A DNA stretch of 64,000 bases from an uncultured Bacillota bacterium (GCA_963787105.1 CAWBBU010000012.1:116189-180188); one strand, 5' to 3'; positions 29,425 through 40,327 are shown, counted from the stretch's first letter. Notes: generated by a model from the sequence alone, not told the origin. Numbers and translations: made by a program.

Positions 29425-30510
29425 ATGGATATCACCGAACTGCTGATCCTCACGAAGGAACGCGACGCCTCCGACCTCCACCTTGCGGTGGGCTCGCCGC
29501 CGATGCTGCGCGTCAACGGGCGGCTGCAGCGGGTGGACGGCACCGAGGCGCTGACGCCCGCCGAAACGCACCGCATGCTGTACGACATCTTGACCGACGA
29601 TCAGAAGGCCAGGTTTGAGGAGCGCCACGATCTCGACCTGTCCCTCGAGCTGCAAGACGTCGCCCGCTTCCGCGTCAACGTCTACAACGATCGGCTGGGC
29701 GAGGCGGCGGCGTTCCGGCTCATCCCGTCGAAGCTTCGGAGCCTCGAGGACCTTGGGATGCCGCCGGCCCTGCGGCAGATGGCGGGGAAGGACCGCGGCC
29801 TCCTGCTCGTCACGGGCCCGACCGGCTCGGGGAAGTCCACCACGCTGGCCGCGATGGTCGATCTCATCAACACGACGCGTACCGACCACATCATCACGCT
29901 GGAAGATCCCATCGAGTTCGTGCACGGGCACAAGCGATGCATCATCAACCAGCGTGAGATCGGGCCCCACTGCCGTTCGTTCGAAGCCGGGCTTGTCAAC
30001 GCGCTGCGCGAGGATCCCGACGTGATCCTCGTCGGCGAAATGCGGGACCTTGAGACGATTCAGATGACGCTGACCGCGGCGGAGACCGGTCACTTGGTGC
30101 TCGCGACGCTGCACACGAACAGCGCGGCCCAGACGGTCAACCGCATCATCGACGTGTTCCCGACGCACCAGCAGAACCAGATTCGGGTCCAGTTGAGCGA
30201 GGTGCTGCTCGGCGTGCTGGCGCAGTCGCTGGTGGCGCGCCTCGACGACCGCGGCCGCGTCGCGGCGGTCGAGATGATGATCTGCAACCCCGCGATCCGC
30301 AACCTGATCCGCGAGAGCAAAACGTTCCAGATCACCAACGTGATCGACACCGGCGTGCGCGAGGGCATGGTCAGCCTGGACCACTCGATCAAGGACCTGG
30401 TGCGGCGCGGCCTGATCGATCCCGAGTACGGCATGGAGCGGGCGAACGACAAGGACGCGTTCCAGCCCACCCCGACGGGTCAGATCCAGTTGGGGGGGCA
30501 GCGTCGTTGA
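29425..30510 (+). CDS. pilT: Type IV pilus retraction ATPase PilT
   Basis: ASDLHL, GPTGSGKST, ALREDPD, AETGH, AIRNLIRE. Confidence 0.96.
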   Translation: MDITELLILTKERDASDLHLAVGSPPMLRVNGRLQRVDGTEALTPAETHRMLYDILTDDQKARFEERHDLDLSLELQDVARFRVNVYNDRLGEAAAFRLIPSKLRSLEDLGMPPALRQMAGKDRGLLLVTGPTGSGKSTTLAAMVDLINTTRTDHIITLEDPIEFVHGHKRCIINQREIGPHCRSFEAGLVNALREDPDVILVGEMRDLETIQMTLTAAETGHLVLATLHTNSAAQTVNRIIDVFPTHQQNQIRVQLSEVLLGVLAQSLVARLDDRGRVAAVEMMICNPAIRNLIRESKTFQITNVIDTGVREGMVSLDHSIKDLVRRGLIDPEYGMERANDKDAFQPTPTGQIQLGGQRR

Positions 30511-31613
30511 GCACTTCCGGCTCCGAGTACGGGCTCGGCGATCTCCTGCGGGCGATGCAGGAGTGCGACGCCTCAGACATCTACGTCAAGGTCGGGACCA
30601 AGCCGTTGTTCCGGATCGCGAACGAAGCGCAGCCGTCCGAGTTTGCCGCACCGACGCGCGACGGGGTCGAGGCGATCGTCGCGCCGGTCCTCACGGATGC
30701 GCACCGCGAGGCGCTGCGGACGATCGGGCACGCGGACCTCGCCTACTCTCAATCCGATCTCGGGCGGTTTCGCATCAACGTGTACCAGCAGCGCGGGACG
30801 ACGGCGCTCGTCGTCCGGCGGGTGCGGTCGCAGATCCCCTCCTTCGACAAACTGAATCTGCCGCCGGCGATCGGGGAATTCGCGTTGGCGCCCCGCGGGC
30901 TCGTCCTGGTGACCGGACCGGCGGCGGCCGGCAAATCGACGACGCTCGCCGCGATGGTCGACTACCGGAATCGCAACCGCCCCGGGCACATCATCACGAT
31001 CGAGGATCCGATTGAATTCCTGCACACCGATCACATGAGCGCGGTCAGCCAGCGCGAGGTCGGCACCGACGCCGAGTCGTTCGCGGCCGCGCTGCGGGGC
31101 GCGCCGCGGCAGGCGCCCGACGTGCTGGTGATCGGCGAGATGCGTGATTCGGTGAGTGCCGCGGCCGCGGTGTACTTCGCGGAAACTGGACACCTCCTGC
31201 TCAGCACGCTGCACGCGGTCACCGCGAGTCAAGCGCTCGACCGTGTGCTGCACATGCTCCCCGGGGAAGGGGAGTCGGACGTCCAGTCGCAGCGGCTCGC
31301 GACCATCCTCGTCGGCATCGTGTCGCAGCGCCTGGTGACCCGCGCCGACGGGACCGGCGTCGTGCCGGCGGTCGAGGTGTTGCGCGCGACCCCGCGGGTG
31401 CGCGAGCTGATCCGGCGCGGTGAGCTGCTGCAGCTGCGCCAGACCATGACCGAGGCGCACGACACCGGAATGCAGACGTTTGACGATGCGCTGTTTGCAC
31501 TCTACCAGCGCGGGACGATCACGGCGGAGACGTGTTTAGAGGCAGCGGAAAGCCCGAGCGACGTGCGCATGCGGATGCGCGCATTTTCGCCGGTAGGGCG
31601 GTCGGCGAGCTAA
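30507..31613 (+). CDS. pilU: PilT/PilU-family ATPase (PilU-like)
   Basis: SDIYVKVG, GPAAAGKST, RQAPDVLVIGEMRD, GMQTFDDAL. Lacks AIRNLIRE. Confidence 0.85.
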   Translation: MSTSGSEYGLGDLLRAMQECDASDIYVKVGTKPLFRIANEAQPSEFAAPTRDGVEAIVAPVLTDAHREALRTIGHADLAYSQSDLGRFRINVYQQRGTTALVVRRVRSQIPSFDKLNLPPAIGEFALAPRGLVLVTGPAAAGKSTTLAAMVDYRNRNRPGHIITIEDPIEFLHTDHMSAVSQREVGTDAESFAAALRGAPRQAPDVLVIGEMRDSVSAAAAVYFAETGHLLLSTLHAVTASQALDRVLHMLPGEGESDVQSQRLATILVGIVSQRLVTRADGTGVVPAVEVLRATPRVRELIRRGELLQLRQTMTEAHDTGMQTFDDALFALYQRGTITAETCLEAAESPSDVRMRMRAFSPVGRSAS

Positions 31614-31649
31614 CAGATCGCGCGGCCGTAACGAGGGGGGAGCAGATCG

Positions 31650-32483
31650 ATGGCACGGGGGGAGCAGGCAGAGGTGAAGGTGCAGAGCGAGGGGGCGCCG
31701 GCGCAGGAGCCGATCGAGGCGCCCGAGCCAGAGCAGTTCGCGGGATTTCGGGAGTACCGCAGGACGGGGGACAAGCGCCTGCAGCAGGAGCTGATCTGTC
31801 ACTACCTGCCGCTGGTGTCGAAGATCGCGCGCCGGTACGTCCGCCCGGGGGCGGCGCTCGAAGATCTGTCGCAGATCGGGACGATCGGCCTGATCAACGC
31901 GGTCAAGACGTTTGACCCGGAGCGCGGGGTAAAGTTCGAGACATACGCGTTCCATCACGTCGCGGGTGAGATCCGGCACTTCCTCCGGGACGGTCTCGAG
32001 CCGGTGCGGCGGCCGCGGTGGGTCCGCAAGCGGTACGGCGATCTGGCCGCGGTGGTCGCGCGCTCGCAGCAGGAGTTGGGCCGGACGCCCACGCTCGCGG
32101 AGATCGCCGAGCGGATGAACATGACGGAGGACGGCGTCGCCGAGATCTTGCAGGCGTACCAGCAGGGACGCGTGCGGTCGATCAACGAGCTGCCCGAGGA
32201 CCAGGAGCTGCGCCACGATGTGGCCGTCCGTGAGCCGCACGGGTCCTGGCAGGCGCTCGTCGAGGACCGCATCGTGCTGCTGCAGGCGATGGACAGTCTC
32301 GCCGCGCTCCAGCGGCAGGTCGTCTACTACCTGTTCTATCAGGGATTGACGCAGAGCGAGGTGGCGGTGCGTCTCGGGGTGTCCCAACGCCACGTCTCGC
32401 GCCTGCTGGCGTCCGCCCTGCGGCGTCTCGCGGGGCCGCTGCGGGCCGCGGACCTCGATGCCCGGTCGGTGACCGCGTCGTAA
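31650..32483 (+). CDS. SigB/SigF/SigG-type (group 3) sigma factor
   Basis: EDLSQIGTIGLINAVKTFDPERGVKFETYA..GEIRHFLRD; LGRTPTLAEIA; LTQSEVAVRLGVSQRHVSRL. Confidence 0.92.
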   Translation: MARGEQAEVKVQSEGAPAQEPIEAPEPEQFAGFREYRRTGDKRLQQELICHYLPLVSKIARRYVRPGAALEDLSQIGTIGLINAVKTFDPERGVKFETYAFHHVAGEIRHFLRDGLEPVRRPRWVRKRYGDLAAVVARSQQELGRTPTLAEIAERMNMTEDGVAEILQAYQQGRVRSINELPEDQELRHDVAVREPHGSWQALVEDRIVLLQAMDSLAALQRQVVYYLFYQGLTQSEVAVRLGVSQRHVSRLLASALRRLAGPLRAADLDARSVTAS

Positions 32484-32565
32484 GAGACTGAGCGGGCGCC
32501 GACCGTATCCGGCCGGCGCCCAGCGGCGTTCCGCGCAGCCCGCGGAACGCGCGAACAGCCGGCGG

Positions 32566-33660
32566 CTATCGCGGCGGCGCGTCCCCCCAGGCCGCCCGCA
32601 GGAACCGCAGCCAGTTGCCGTGCATGATCTCCGCGATGTCCCGGGGCGGGTAGCCGCGGTCCTCCAGCAGGCCGACGATGTGCTGGAGGTCCGCGATCGT
32701 ATCCAGGTCATGCGGGGTTCCCTCACGTCCGAAGCCGCCGTCTAAATCGGTCCCGATCGCCGCGTGCCGGCAGTTGCCGGCGATCTGGCAGACGTGATCG
32801 ATGTGCCGCACCACGTCGCCGAGTGTGATGGCGTCGTTGGGGTCGCCGTGGCGCCAGCCGGGCACGATCATCCAGCAGTCGAGCGCCGCCCCGATCACGC
32901 CGCCGCGTTCGATGATCGCACGGATCTGCTCGTCGGAGAACTGGCGCTGATGCGGCGCGAGGGCCCGGCAGTTGTTGTGGCTCGCCATCACGGGGCCGTC
33001 CCAGCGCGCCAGCGTGTCCCAGAACGCCTCGTCGGAGGAATGCGTGAGGTCGACGATGACCCCGAGCCGCCGCATCTCGCCGAGCAGCGCGACGCCGAGG
33101 GGCGTGAGTCCCGTCTCGGTCCCGGTCCCGCCGGCGTAGCGCCCGGGGCCGTAGTGCGTGAGTCCGATCATCCTGAGGCCCGCCTCGTACCACGCGGGGA
33201 GGTCCGCCGGTTCGACGATCGGGTCCGCACTCTCCATGCTGATCACGAAGCCCAGCGGCGGCGAGTCCGTCCATTCCGCAGCCGCGTGGGCGCCGTCCCA
33301 GGCCTCCCACTCGCGGACGTGGGCGTCGAGCGCGCGCGTGTCCGTGATGATCCGGACGTGTCCCTGCCGCTCCAGCGCCCGGTAGTAGGCGAGCTGGCCC
33401 TGGGCCGCGCCGTAGGCTTGCGCGGGCGTCGCATAGTCGATGTGCGGCGCCGGCCGGCCGGTTGAACGCGCGATCAGGGTGGCGAAGCTGACGGCGACGC
33501 GTCCGCGACGCATCTCCGGGTAGGCCACGGTACCCCGGCCCCGGCCCTTGCCGGGCGTGTAGTTCTCCTGCGTCCGGATCGTGTACACCGATGCCAAGAG
33601 ATCGCGGTTCCACTGCAGGGCGTTCATGGACAGGTCCAGATGCGCGTCAACGATGAGCAT
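32566..33660 (-). CDS. Membrane dipeptidase (peptidase M19)
   Basis: IVDAHLD, SMESAD, ASHNN, IGTDLDGG, IMHGNW. Confidence 0.92.
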   Translation of the reverse strand: MLIVDAHLDLSMNALQWNRDLLASVYTIRTQENYTPGKGRGRGTVAYPEMRRGRVAVSFATLIARSTGRPAPHIDYATPAQAYGAAQGQLAYYRALERQGHVRIITDTRALDAHVREWEAWDGAHAAAEWTDSPPLGFVISMESADPIVEPADLPAWYEAGLRMIGLTHYGPGRYAGGTGTETGLTPLGVALLGEMRRLGVIVDLTHSSDEAFWDTLARWDGPVMASHNNCRALAPHQRQFSDEQIRAIIERGGVIGAALDCWMIVPGWRHGDPNDAITLGDVVRHIDHVCQIAGNCRHAAIGTDLDGGFGREGTPHDLDTIADLQHIVGLLEDRGYPPRDIAEIMHGNWLRFLRAAWGDAPPR

Positions 33661-33967
33661 GCGAGTCGTGTCCTCCTGGTTCCGTCCCCTCGAGGGCCGG
33701 ATCGAGGCGTCCGCCCCCACAGGCGGAATGCGCGCGGACGCCGGTCGCCGCCACGCCGTCTTCAGGGTGGGAGTCTCGCATCCCTCGCGGAGCGCGAGCC
33801 GGCGAGGGGAGCCTGAAGTGGACCAAAGGTACGTATTATTCAAGTAGACAGTATGTTATACTCGTCCGGGTTATCGTATCGACGCGACATGGTCGCCGGA
33901 TGTCCGGGGGCCATTTTGGAGTGTTGCACCCCCGTCTGTGGCGCACGGAATTGGGGTATTGGGGTTA

Positions 33968-33995
33968 GAAGGAGCAAAACACGGGTTCGTCGAAC
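33968..33995 (+). promoter_or_regulatory. SigH-like promoter candidate for pilQ (GAAGG-N19-GAAC)
   Basis: Same bipartite motif as before pilB, pilM and the minor pilins. Confidence 0.45.
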
Positions 33996-34170
33996 GTCGA
34001 GTAATTAGGCGTGTTCCGGGCGTGTAGACGCCGGGCGCAGCGCGGCGGTCACCCGCCGGGCACCCGGAAACGGCCGGAAGCGGTTAGGTGTGGCGGGGCG
34101 ACGGACGCGATCCGCGACCGCGCGCCGGGTGGAACCACTCTTTGGGGAACGACCTGGGGGGTCAAGCTCC

Positions 34171-36055
34171 GTGAAGCACGCCGTGACGCACGCCAGGATT
34201 CTCGCAGGCGCACTGCTCGTCGTGCTGGTGGTGGGCTTGGTATGGTCACCCGCCCCGGCCGCCGGTCCGCCGGCGATTACCAATATTTCCGTGGATGAGT
34301 CCGCGGGTCGCCTCGAGCTCGGCATCCAGGCGACGGGACCCGTCGCCTACCGCACGTTCACCCTGGGAGATCCGGATCGGATCGTCGTGGATATCCACGA
34401 TGCCACCGACGCGCTCCCCCGGGATATCATGCCGATCAAGAAGGGGCCAGTCGACACGATCCGGGTGTCGCAGTTCACGACTCGGCCGGCCGTCGTCCGC
34501 GTGGTATTCGTCCTCGTGCGTCCGACGGCGGCCGACGTGTCGATGTCGGCTCCCGCGACCGTGATGGTCGCGTTCGGGACGCCCAAGGCCGCCGCGCCCG
34601 CGGCCGCAGCACCGCCTTCCGCGGCACCGCCCGCGCCCGCGGCTGGGGACATTCCCGCGGCCGTGACCGCCGGCATCACCACGACGCCCGCCCCGAGCCG
34701 CGTGCCGCTGCGCGCCGTCAGCGCCGGCCCGCCCGGCATCGACGTGGTGCAGGGCCAGATCGGAACCAGTACCGGGCCGACCGGCGTGCTGCTGAACTTG
34801 GACCTTCGCAACGCGTCGCTGCCGGACGTCATCGACGCACTGGCGCGGCTGTGCGGCATCAACATCGTGACGGATAGTTCTGTCTCCGGGTCGGTGACGA
34901 TTCACCTCGTCGGCGTGACGTGTGAGGAGACGCTGACGTTCCTGCTCGAGGCGAACTCGCTCGGATCGCGCCGGATCGGGAGCACGCTGATCATCGAGCC
35001 GGCGAGCAAGCTCGCGCCGCCGCCCGCGGGACCGGTCGTGGTGGTGTACCACCTCCAGTATCTGCAGCCGCCCATTGCCAACGTGGAGCCGCTCGTCGGC
35101 TCGGTGGGCGCGACCTCGGCGGGCGGCGCCGGCGTGTCGGGTGGTGCGGGTCCGGTCCAGAAGAACGTGCAGGCCCTGACCTCGCTGTTTACGGGCACCG
35201 GCGCGTCGGTCGGGTACGACGACCGGACCAACTCGCTGGTCGTGACGGGGACGCCGGATATGCAGGCGGCCGTGCAGGCGCTGCTGCGCCAGCTCGACGT
35301 TCCGCTTGGCCAGGTGGTGGTGCAGGCGCTCGTGGTGGACATCACGACCACGGCGCTGACGGACCTCGGCGTCGAGTGGTCGATCGTCTCGGGCAGCGTG
35401 TCGACCCCGTTTGAGTTCAGCGAAGTCTCAGCGCCCCCGGCCGGCTCGCTGGCGATTCAGCCGATCCTCCGGGACGCCCTGTTCGCGAAGATCCACTTGT
35501 TCGCGCAGCAGGGTCTGGCCAAGGTTCTGAGCGATCCGCGGCTCTGCGACGTTCGACGGGCAGGAAGCGCTGATCTTCGCCGGCGATCAGATTCCGATTA
35601 CGAACACGACGACCGCGGGGAACCCGCCGGTCACCTCCGAGACGGTGACGTTTCAGCCGATCGGCGTGACGCTGAAGGTCGTGCCGAAGGTGAACGCGGA
35701 TCGGACGATCAGCGTCTCGGTCCACCCGGTCGTGACGACGGCGACGTCGTTTACCGCTCCGACCCCGACCAACCCTAGCGGCCTGCCGAACATCTCGATC
35801 CGCGAGGCGGTGACGCAGCTGACGGTGAAGGACGGCGACACCATCATCATCGGCGGCCTGATGCGGTACTCGGACGTCTCGACGATGACGAAAGTGCCGT
35901 ACTTCGGCGACCTGCCGTTTATCGGCGCCTTGTTCCGTCTCCAGAACACGCTGCACACCGAGTCGGAGGTCATCATCCTGATGACGCCGAGCATCCTGGC
36001 GACCACGACCCCGGTCGGCATGCCCGGCACGCCGGCCCCGGCTCCATCGCACTGA
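34171..36055 (+). CDS. pilQ: AMIN-domain type IV pilus secretin PilQ (frameshift near 35546)
   Basis: AMIN domain (DPDRIVVDI, IRVSQF); DDRTNSLVV; QLDVPLGQV; KVLSDP; IIIGGL; KVPYFGDLPFIGALF. Confidence 0.9.
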
Positions 36056-36133
36056 GCTTCCGGAGCGGACTCGATCACCCGTGAGCGCTTGGGCTGAACG
36101 TACGCGCGCGCGAGTGAGGCGCCCCTCGTTCAC

Positions 36134-36961
36134 GTGCGGCGCTCTGTCCGCGGAATCGCGGTGCGGCTCCTCGGCGCCGCGGCGGCGCTCGCCGTGACGG
36201 CGGCGGCAGCGATCGCGGTCTCACCGTCGCCCGCCTCGGCCAACGCGCAGGACCTCGTCGTGTCGGGTTGGCACGCGTATCAGGCGGGCGCGCTGCCGCG
36301 CGCGCAGCAAGAGTTTCTTGACGCCGCCGAGCAGGCGCCGACGTGGGCGACGCCCGCGGTCTGGCTCGCCGCCGTGCTCGTCGCCCAGGGCGATCGGACG
36401 CAGGCGGCCGAGTGGTTCCAGGCCGCGCTCACCCGGCACCCCACGATGGCGGAAGCCGGCTACGCCACCGCATGGCTGGACCGGCTCGGGATCGCGGTGT
36501 CCCGCCCGCGGTGGCACGTCGACACGCTTGAAGGTCTCGCGGGATTCGTGCATGCCACCAACCGATCACTGTCTCTCGATCAGGCCCGCTGGGTGGCGAA
36601 CGCGCTCCGCACCGCGGGGACCGAGGAGGGCGTCGAGGTCAATCTCCTGACGTCTGTCCTTTACATCGAGAGCCGGTTCAATCATCAATCGATCTCGTCG
36701 GCCGGCGCGATGGGTCTCGGGCAGTTGATGCCCGGGACCGCCGCCGGGTTGGGGGTCGACCCTCGGGATCCGTGGGAGAACGTGGTCGGCGCCGCGCGGC
36801 TCCTGCACGAGGACATCACCGAATTTCACAGTGTGCAGCTCGGGCTGGCCGCCTATAACGCGGGCAGCGGCGCGGTCGAGCGGTGGGGCGGGATTCCGCC
36901 GTACCCCGAGACGCAGTGGTACGTCTGGGCCGTGCTGTGGATCCGCGACGGGCTCGCGTGA
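36134..36961 (+). CDS. Exported TPR + lytic transglycosylase (SLT, GH23)
   Basis: IESRFN..SSAGAMGLGQLMPGTA; LAAYNAG; PPYPETQ. Confidence 0.92.
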   Translation: MRRSVRGIAVRLLGAAAALAVTAAAAIAVSPSPASANAQDLVVSGWHAYQAGALPRAQQEFLDAAEQAPTWATPAVWLAAVLVAQGDRTQAAEWFQAALTRHPTMAEAGYATAWLDRLGIAVSRPRWHVDTLEGLAGFVHATNRSLSLDQARWVANALRTAGTEEGVEVNLLTSVLYIESRFNHQSISSAGAMGLGQLMPGTAAGLGVDPRDPWENVVGAARLLHEDITEFHSVQLGLAAYNAGSGAVERWGGIPPYPETQWYVWAVLWIRDGLA

Positions 36962-37129
36962 TCCCCGATGTCCGCTGAGCGGCCCGGGCACAGAGGCAGA
37001 CTGCGCGCAGTCCGGTGACGGCGCACGTCAGACGGTAGGCGAGCCGCCTCTGGACGGTTCGGCGCTCGCGCATTCGGGCGCGGCGGCTGTCTCGCAGCGA
37101 GGGTCGCTCGCCGAGGCCCCGATCGCCCG

Positions 37130-38632
37130 GTGGGAGTTTTACTCGCTCCTCGGCGTGTTGGTGCTCGCGCTGGGCCTCGGGCGCAGCTGCTCGGCATCCG
37201 CCCGCTGTGGTTTGACGAAGCGTTCAGCCTGACCGTCGCCCAGCGCACGTTCGCCGGCATCTGGGCGTATCTCCACACCAACGACACTCATCCGATCGCG
37301 TACTACGCGCTGCTGCACGTGTGGATCCGGTGGTTCGGGACCAGTCTCTCGTCGATGCGGATGCCGTCGATGATTCTGGGCATCGCGGCGGTCGCGCTGA
37401 CGTGGTTCGTCGGACGGCGCCTCTTCTCGCCGGCGGTGGGGATCGTGGCGGCGGCGCTCGTCGCGCTGCACCCGCTCGAGATCTTCAGCAGCAACGAGAT
37501 GCGGATGTATCCGCTCTTGACGGTGCTCGCGCTCATCTCTACCTGGCTGGTCTACCGCGCCGTGGAGGTCCCGGACGACCCGTGGCGGTGGGTCGGCTAC
37601 GGGCTCGTGACCGCGCTGCTGGCCTATACGAGCTACTACGCGGCCCTGCTGGTGCCGGCCCAGGCGCTGTGGATCCTGGTGTCGCTGCCGCGCCGGCAGG
37701 CCATCGCGCGCCTCGGGCTCGCCGCGGGCGTCGCGCTCGCGTGCTACCTCCCATGGCTGCCGGTGCTCGCGACGCTCGGCGGCCGGCTGCCCTGGGCCTG
37801 GCGGGTGCCCCCGGACGTCTATTACGACGCGAGCCTGATGACCTCGCAGACGTTCGGCATGTATCTCTTCAACACGGGCACCTACTTTGTCATCGGCCAT
37901 CTGCCGATCGTCGACTATCCGCTGCTGATCTTTCCGTTTGCGGTCCTGCTCGCGCTCGGCATGGTCGCGCTCGGCCGGGTCAACCGGCGGGGCGGCACGC
38001 TGGTCGCGGCGTCCTGGCTCGTGCCGCTCGTGCTGGTCCTCGTCGTGTCGTACGCGATGCACCTGCAGTTTGCGTTCCACCGGCACCTCGTGTTCATCGA
38101 ACCGTTCGCCGCGCTCCTGCTGGCGGGGGCGGTCGTGCACGCGGGCGACGCGTTCCGCGGCGCCGCGCGGGTGCTCGCGCCGCTGATCGCCGCGGGCCTC
38201 ATCCTGACGTATCTCTTGCCCGCGGTCGCGAACGTGCAGGACCGGCAGGCCATGGAGTTCCGGTGGGACCTCGCCGCGAAATATCTCGAGGTCGAGAGCC
38301 GCCCCGAGGACGCGACCGTGTACCTGCCCGCGTCGATGGAGGTGCCGCTCAAGTACTATCACGACCCGGCCGGCGCGAGCGTGTACGTCCCGGTGTCGTC
38401 CCGCCATTGGACGGAGGCCGGGGCCGACCCCGCGGTGCAGGCGGCGATCAAGACGCTGACCGCGCACGCGTACCCCCGGATCTGGTTCGTGTTCAGCGAC
38501 CCGTGGCCGGCCGGGACGGTGGAGGCGTTTGCCGCCGGGCTGGAGCGCGCGGGATACCGGCCCGGCCCCGTGCAGGATTTTCAACGCCTCTGGGTCGCCG
38601 TGTTTTTCCGCGGGCCCGCGCCGGCGCGCTAG
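37130..38632 (+). CDS. GT-C fold glycosyltransferase (GT39/PMT-like); true N-terminus probably upstream in another frame
   Basis: LWFDEAFS, DTHPIAYY, SNEMRMY and multiple TM segments. Confidence 0.88.
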   Translation: MGVLLAPRRVGARAGPRAQLLGIRPLWFDEAFSLTVAQRTFAGIWAYLHTNDTHPIAYYALLHVWIRWFGTSLSSMRMPSMILGIAAVALTWFVGRRLFSPAVGIVAAALVALHPLEIFSSNEMRMYPLLTVLALISTWLVYRAVEVPDDPWRWVGYGLVTALLAYTSYYAALLVPAQALWILVSLPRRQAIARLGLAAGVALACYLPWLPVLATLGGRLPWAWRVPPDVYYDASLMTSQTFGMYLFNTGTYFVIGHLPIVDYPLLIFPFAVLLALGMVALGRVNRRGGTLVAASWLVPLVLVLVVSYAMHLQFAFHRHLVFIEPFAALLLAGAVVHAGDAFRGAARVLAPLIAAGLILTYLLPAVANVQDRQAMEFRWDLAAKYLEVESRPEDATVYLPASMEVPLKYYHDPAGASVYVPVSSRHWTEAGADPAVQAAIKTLTAHAYPRIWFVFSDPWPAGTVEAFAAGLERAGYRPGPVQDFQRLWVAVFFRGPAPAR

Positions 38633-38642
38633 CGGGGGTCGG

Positions 38643-39470
38643 TCACCGGCAGGCCGGGTCGAGCGCGCTGGCGCTCTGGGCGAGGCCCCGGTCTGAGCGG
38701 GTCGCATAGTACCAGGTCCACATCCCAATGACCACGATTGGCGTCGTTCAGGACCGGCGAGCCGCTGTTGCCGGGCTGCGGGGCGCCCTGGAACTGGATC
38801 TCAAACAGCGCGGTCCCATCGGGGGCCTGACGCGGCTCGAGCGCTTCCCCGACGGCGGTCCACTCTGACGGCGATCGGGGAGCGGTGCCCGAATCCCGTG
38901 ACGCGGACATGCCCGCCGGGCGTCGGACCGCCGCCGACCGTGAGCGCCGGAAACACGGGCAGCGCGCCGCGGTGCGCCGTCCCGGTCGTGAGCACCGCGC
39001 CGTCGGCGAAGCGATAGCCCCAGGTCGCGAACGGGAACGTCGACGGGCCGAGCTGGATCTCGGCGACGTCGCGACCGAGCGGGACCCCGGTCGCCGGCGG
39101 CGGCTGGGTCGGGTCGTACGGAAGGGTCGAGGCGCACACCACGCTGGCCGAGTAGAACTCCTGTCCGACGAGCGCGAGCAGGCGGTAGCGTTCCGGGTGA
39201 TGCGCCGCGGGATACACGACGTGGCTGTTCGTGAGCGCCGTGCCGTCCGCCGCGATCACGAACGCGGTCCCCGTCACCCCGGGCCGTCCCGTCGTGGTGT
39301 CCACGTTGATCAGCTGAAAGACGGCGGCGCCGGGGTCCACGGACTGCGAATGCGCGGCGAGACTGAGCGCAAGCAGCAGTCCGGCCGCGAGCGGTGCCGC
39401 GGCGCGCCTTCCCGATCGGCGGCGGTCGAGCCGCGAACCCGGAGCGCTGCGGGTGACGGTGTGCGTTGCG
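38643..39470 (-). CDS. Exported trypsin-like serine protease (frameshifted; start approximate)
   Basis: GTAFVI..ALTNSHVV (His), RDVAEI (Asp) and PGNSGSPV (Ser) across frames. Confidence 0.8.
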
Positions 39471-39634
39471 ATCCCCTCCCGGTGACTGACGCGGTGTGGT
39501 TCCGACCGCGCGGCGGCGCGTTCCTTTGCGCGGCCGTCCACGCGGTGCACCGTCGCGGTCCACGCGCGTGTGCATGTCGGCGGCGGCGCGCGGCGCAGGA
39601 AAGCAACGGCGCGGGGGAGTAGTGGGTCTACCCG

Positions 39635-40327
39635 ATGAGCACCGACGGCCCACGTATTTTGGTCGTGGACGATGAGTTGGCGATCCGGCGCTTCCTCCGC
39701 GTCTCGTTGACCGCGCACGGCTACCGCGTGTTCGAAGCTCAGCGAGGCCAGGAAGCGCTCGAAACCGCGGCCGGCCTGCGTCCGGATCTGATCATCCTCG
39801 ATCTCAGCCTCCCGGACGTCGACGGCATCGAGGTCACGCGCCGGCTTCGCGAGTGGTCGAAGACGCCGATCGTGATCCTGTCGGTGCGAGGGCAGGACGA
39901 CGACAAGATCGCGGCGCTCGACGCGGGTGCCGACGACTACCTGACGAAGCCCTTCAGCACCGGCGAGCTGCTGGCGCGGATTCGCGTGGCGCTGCGCCAC
40001 GCCGCCGCGCCCGCCGAGGAGGGCGTCATTACGGCCGGCGATCTCGTCGTGGATGTGGCGCACCGCGCGGTGACGGTCGGCGGCCGGCCGGTGTCGCTCA
40101 CCCCCATCGAGTACTCGCTGCTCCGGGCGCTGGCCCTGCACGCCGGGAAGGTGCTGATCCACCGGCACCTGATGCAGGAGGTGTGGGGACCCGGCTACGA
40201 CCCGGACACGAACCTGCTGCGCGTCAACATCAGCAAGCTCCGGCACAAGATCGAGCCCGACCCCGCCCGGCCCCGGTACATCCTGACCGAGCCCGGCGTC
40301 GGGTACCGTCTGCGTGTGGCCAGTTGA
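39635..40327 (+). CDS. kdpE: KdpE-type OmpR-family response regulator
   Basis: PDLIILDLSLPD; LRHKIEPDPARPRYILTEPGVGYR. Confidence 0.92.
   Translation: MSTDGPRILVVDDELAIRRFLRVSLTAHGYRVFEAQRGQEALETAAGLRPDLIILDLSLPDVDGIEVTRRLREWSKTPIVILSVRGQDDDKIAALDAGADDYLTKPFSTGELLARIRVALRHAAAPAEEGVITAGDLVVDVAHRAVTVGGRPVSLTPIEYSLLRALALHAGKVLIHRHLMQEVWGPGYDPDTNLLRVNISKLRHKIEPDPARPRYILTEPGVGYRLRVAS

Noticed and set aside
33934-33967. GTCT-N16-GGGTAT SigB/SigF-like promoter and ATTGGGGT tandem before pilQ
   Set aside because: A single imperfect instance, not seen before other pil genes.
34010-34070. Possible three-way-junction RNA in the pilQ leader
   Set aside because: The stems are short and GC-rich, as expected by chance. 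There is no known motif, and covariation cannot be tested here.
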